64,000 nucleotides of DNA from a virus. Numbering within the stretch: position 1 is the first letter of the stretch; each line of letters starts with the position of its first letter. Under the pieces are notes generated by a model, which was not told the origin of the DNA, did no database searches, and saw only the letters and a list, made by a program, of their open reading frames with translations. Position numbers and translations under genes: made by a program. Shown one piece after another: positions 63,512 to 64,000 of the stretch. The stretch covers positions 1 to 64,000 of IMG/VR virus record IMGVR_UViG_3300045988_062648; one strand, written 5' to 3'.

Positions 63512-63533
63512 TACGGCAAAAATACGGCAAAAA
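63512..63533 (+). promoter_or_regulatory. tandem TACGGCAAAAA direct repeats (iteron/operator-like) upstream of minus-strand regulator gene
   Basis: atacggcaaaaatacggcaaaaag; on the gene strand these read TTTTTGCCGTA twice. Confidence 0.45.
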
Positions 63534-63568
63534 GTTGATAATTAGGCAATATTTATAAGATTTTGTTT

Positions 63569-63596
63569 CCTCTACGGCAACATTTTGTTGAAAAGT
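63569..63596 (+). promoter_or_regulatory. third TACGGCAA site: CCTCTACGGCAACATTTTGTTGAAAAG
   Basis: near-identical to 9127-9151; followed by GTTGAAAAGTTGCCAAAGTGTCAAC partial palindrome. Confidence 0.45.
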
Positions 63597-63615
63597 TGCC
63601 AAAGTGTCAACAAAA

Positions 63616-63648
63616 AAATCTCCTAACTAATTGATAGTCAGGAGATTA
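63616..63648 (+). promoter_or_regulatory. hairpin ATCTCCT-(15 nt)-AGGAGAT
   Basis: 7-bp inverted repeat in the leader region between regulator gene and downstream intergenic region. Confidence 0.3.
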
Positions 63649-63745
63649 CAACGGTCTAAGTAGTTCCTTATATAATATATATAAGTACAATACAAATATA
63701 CTTATCTTTATTTACATCACCATGCGCATTAACTCTTTTAACACT

Positions 63746-63775
63746 CTTGGGATATTAAACCCCCGTAGAAGAGTG
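63746..63775 (-). repeat. dispersed motif copy (reverse): cttgggatattaaacccccgtagaagagtg
   Basis: reverse complement ctcttctacgggggtttaatatcccaag; partner of 63901-63935. Confidence 0.7.
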
Positions 63776-63900
63776 TACATCGTAGCCTTACTTTGGTAAA
63801 AAGTTCAATCATCATTTGTTTCAAAAGCATATTCACTCTATCTAACTCTATTTTGTCTAGTACCAATATCACTACTATCTAGACTAAGACTACAACATCT

Positions 63901-63935
63901 CATTTCTTCTACGGGGGTTGTGTATCCCGACTTAC
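63901..63935 (+). repeat. dispersed motif copy (forward, subtype A): catttcttctacgggggttgtgtatcccgacttac
   Basis: intergenic, 130 nt downstream of its inverted partner. Confidence 0.75.
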
Positions 63936-64000
63936 AGCTTCACCAAGTTACACCGCAACTCCGTAACCTGCTGCACTAATAAGAGCATGGTTCATTACTT

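Noticed and set aside
1-64000. Stop-codon reassignment (TAG or TGA recoding), seen in some crAss-like lineages
   Set aside because: All large late genes, including the 2353-aa and about 4750-aa ORFs, are open in the standard code. The only tRNA found has a sense anticodon.

Overview
This window is an AT-rich (roughly 30% GC) tailed-phage segment with very high coding density. It carries no integrase, transposase, CRISPR array or rRNA. Nearly all genes from 14 to 60046 lie on the + strand and form a late, structural block. By inference the order is putative large terminase, portal, acidic scaffold-like protein and major capsid protein, then tail fibres including a collagen-like one. These are followed by a 1317-aa tail protein, a very basic 1079-aa protein, and two giant ORFs of 2353 aa and about 4750 aa. 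The larger giant ORF contains an RNA-polymerase-like DFDID aspartate triad. The module order and the giant virion RNA polymerase resemble crAss-like (Crassvirales-type) podophages; this is inference, because no database search was possible. After the giant ORF come a tRNA-Gln(TTG) and a terminator-like hairpin. From 60628 to 63488 a convergent minus-strand block encodes a thioredoxin-like protein, a dUTPase, a DUF4406/NDT-like protein and a winged-helix regulator. The most unusual feature is a dispersed family of a perfectly conserved 20-32 nt motif, TCTTCTACGGGGG followed by TTGTAGnnTCCCAACTT or GCGAGAG. It has 18 full copies plus 1 partial copy across the 64 kb and occurs in both orientations. 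It lies in intergenic regions, often as inverted pairs flanking segments of about 110-170 bp, and inside coding sequence in all three reading frames. Copies inside CDS include the scaffold-like gene, the basic protein and both giant ORFs, which points to a DNA-level function of unknown nature. The four large intergenic regions additionally share a roughly 70-nt conserved element. TTGCCGTA iteron-like repeats sit upstream of the regulator gene. Several starts given in the ORF track are TTG codons and were moved to the next in-frame ATG.
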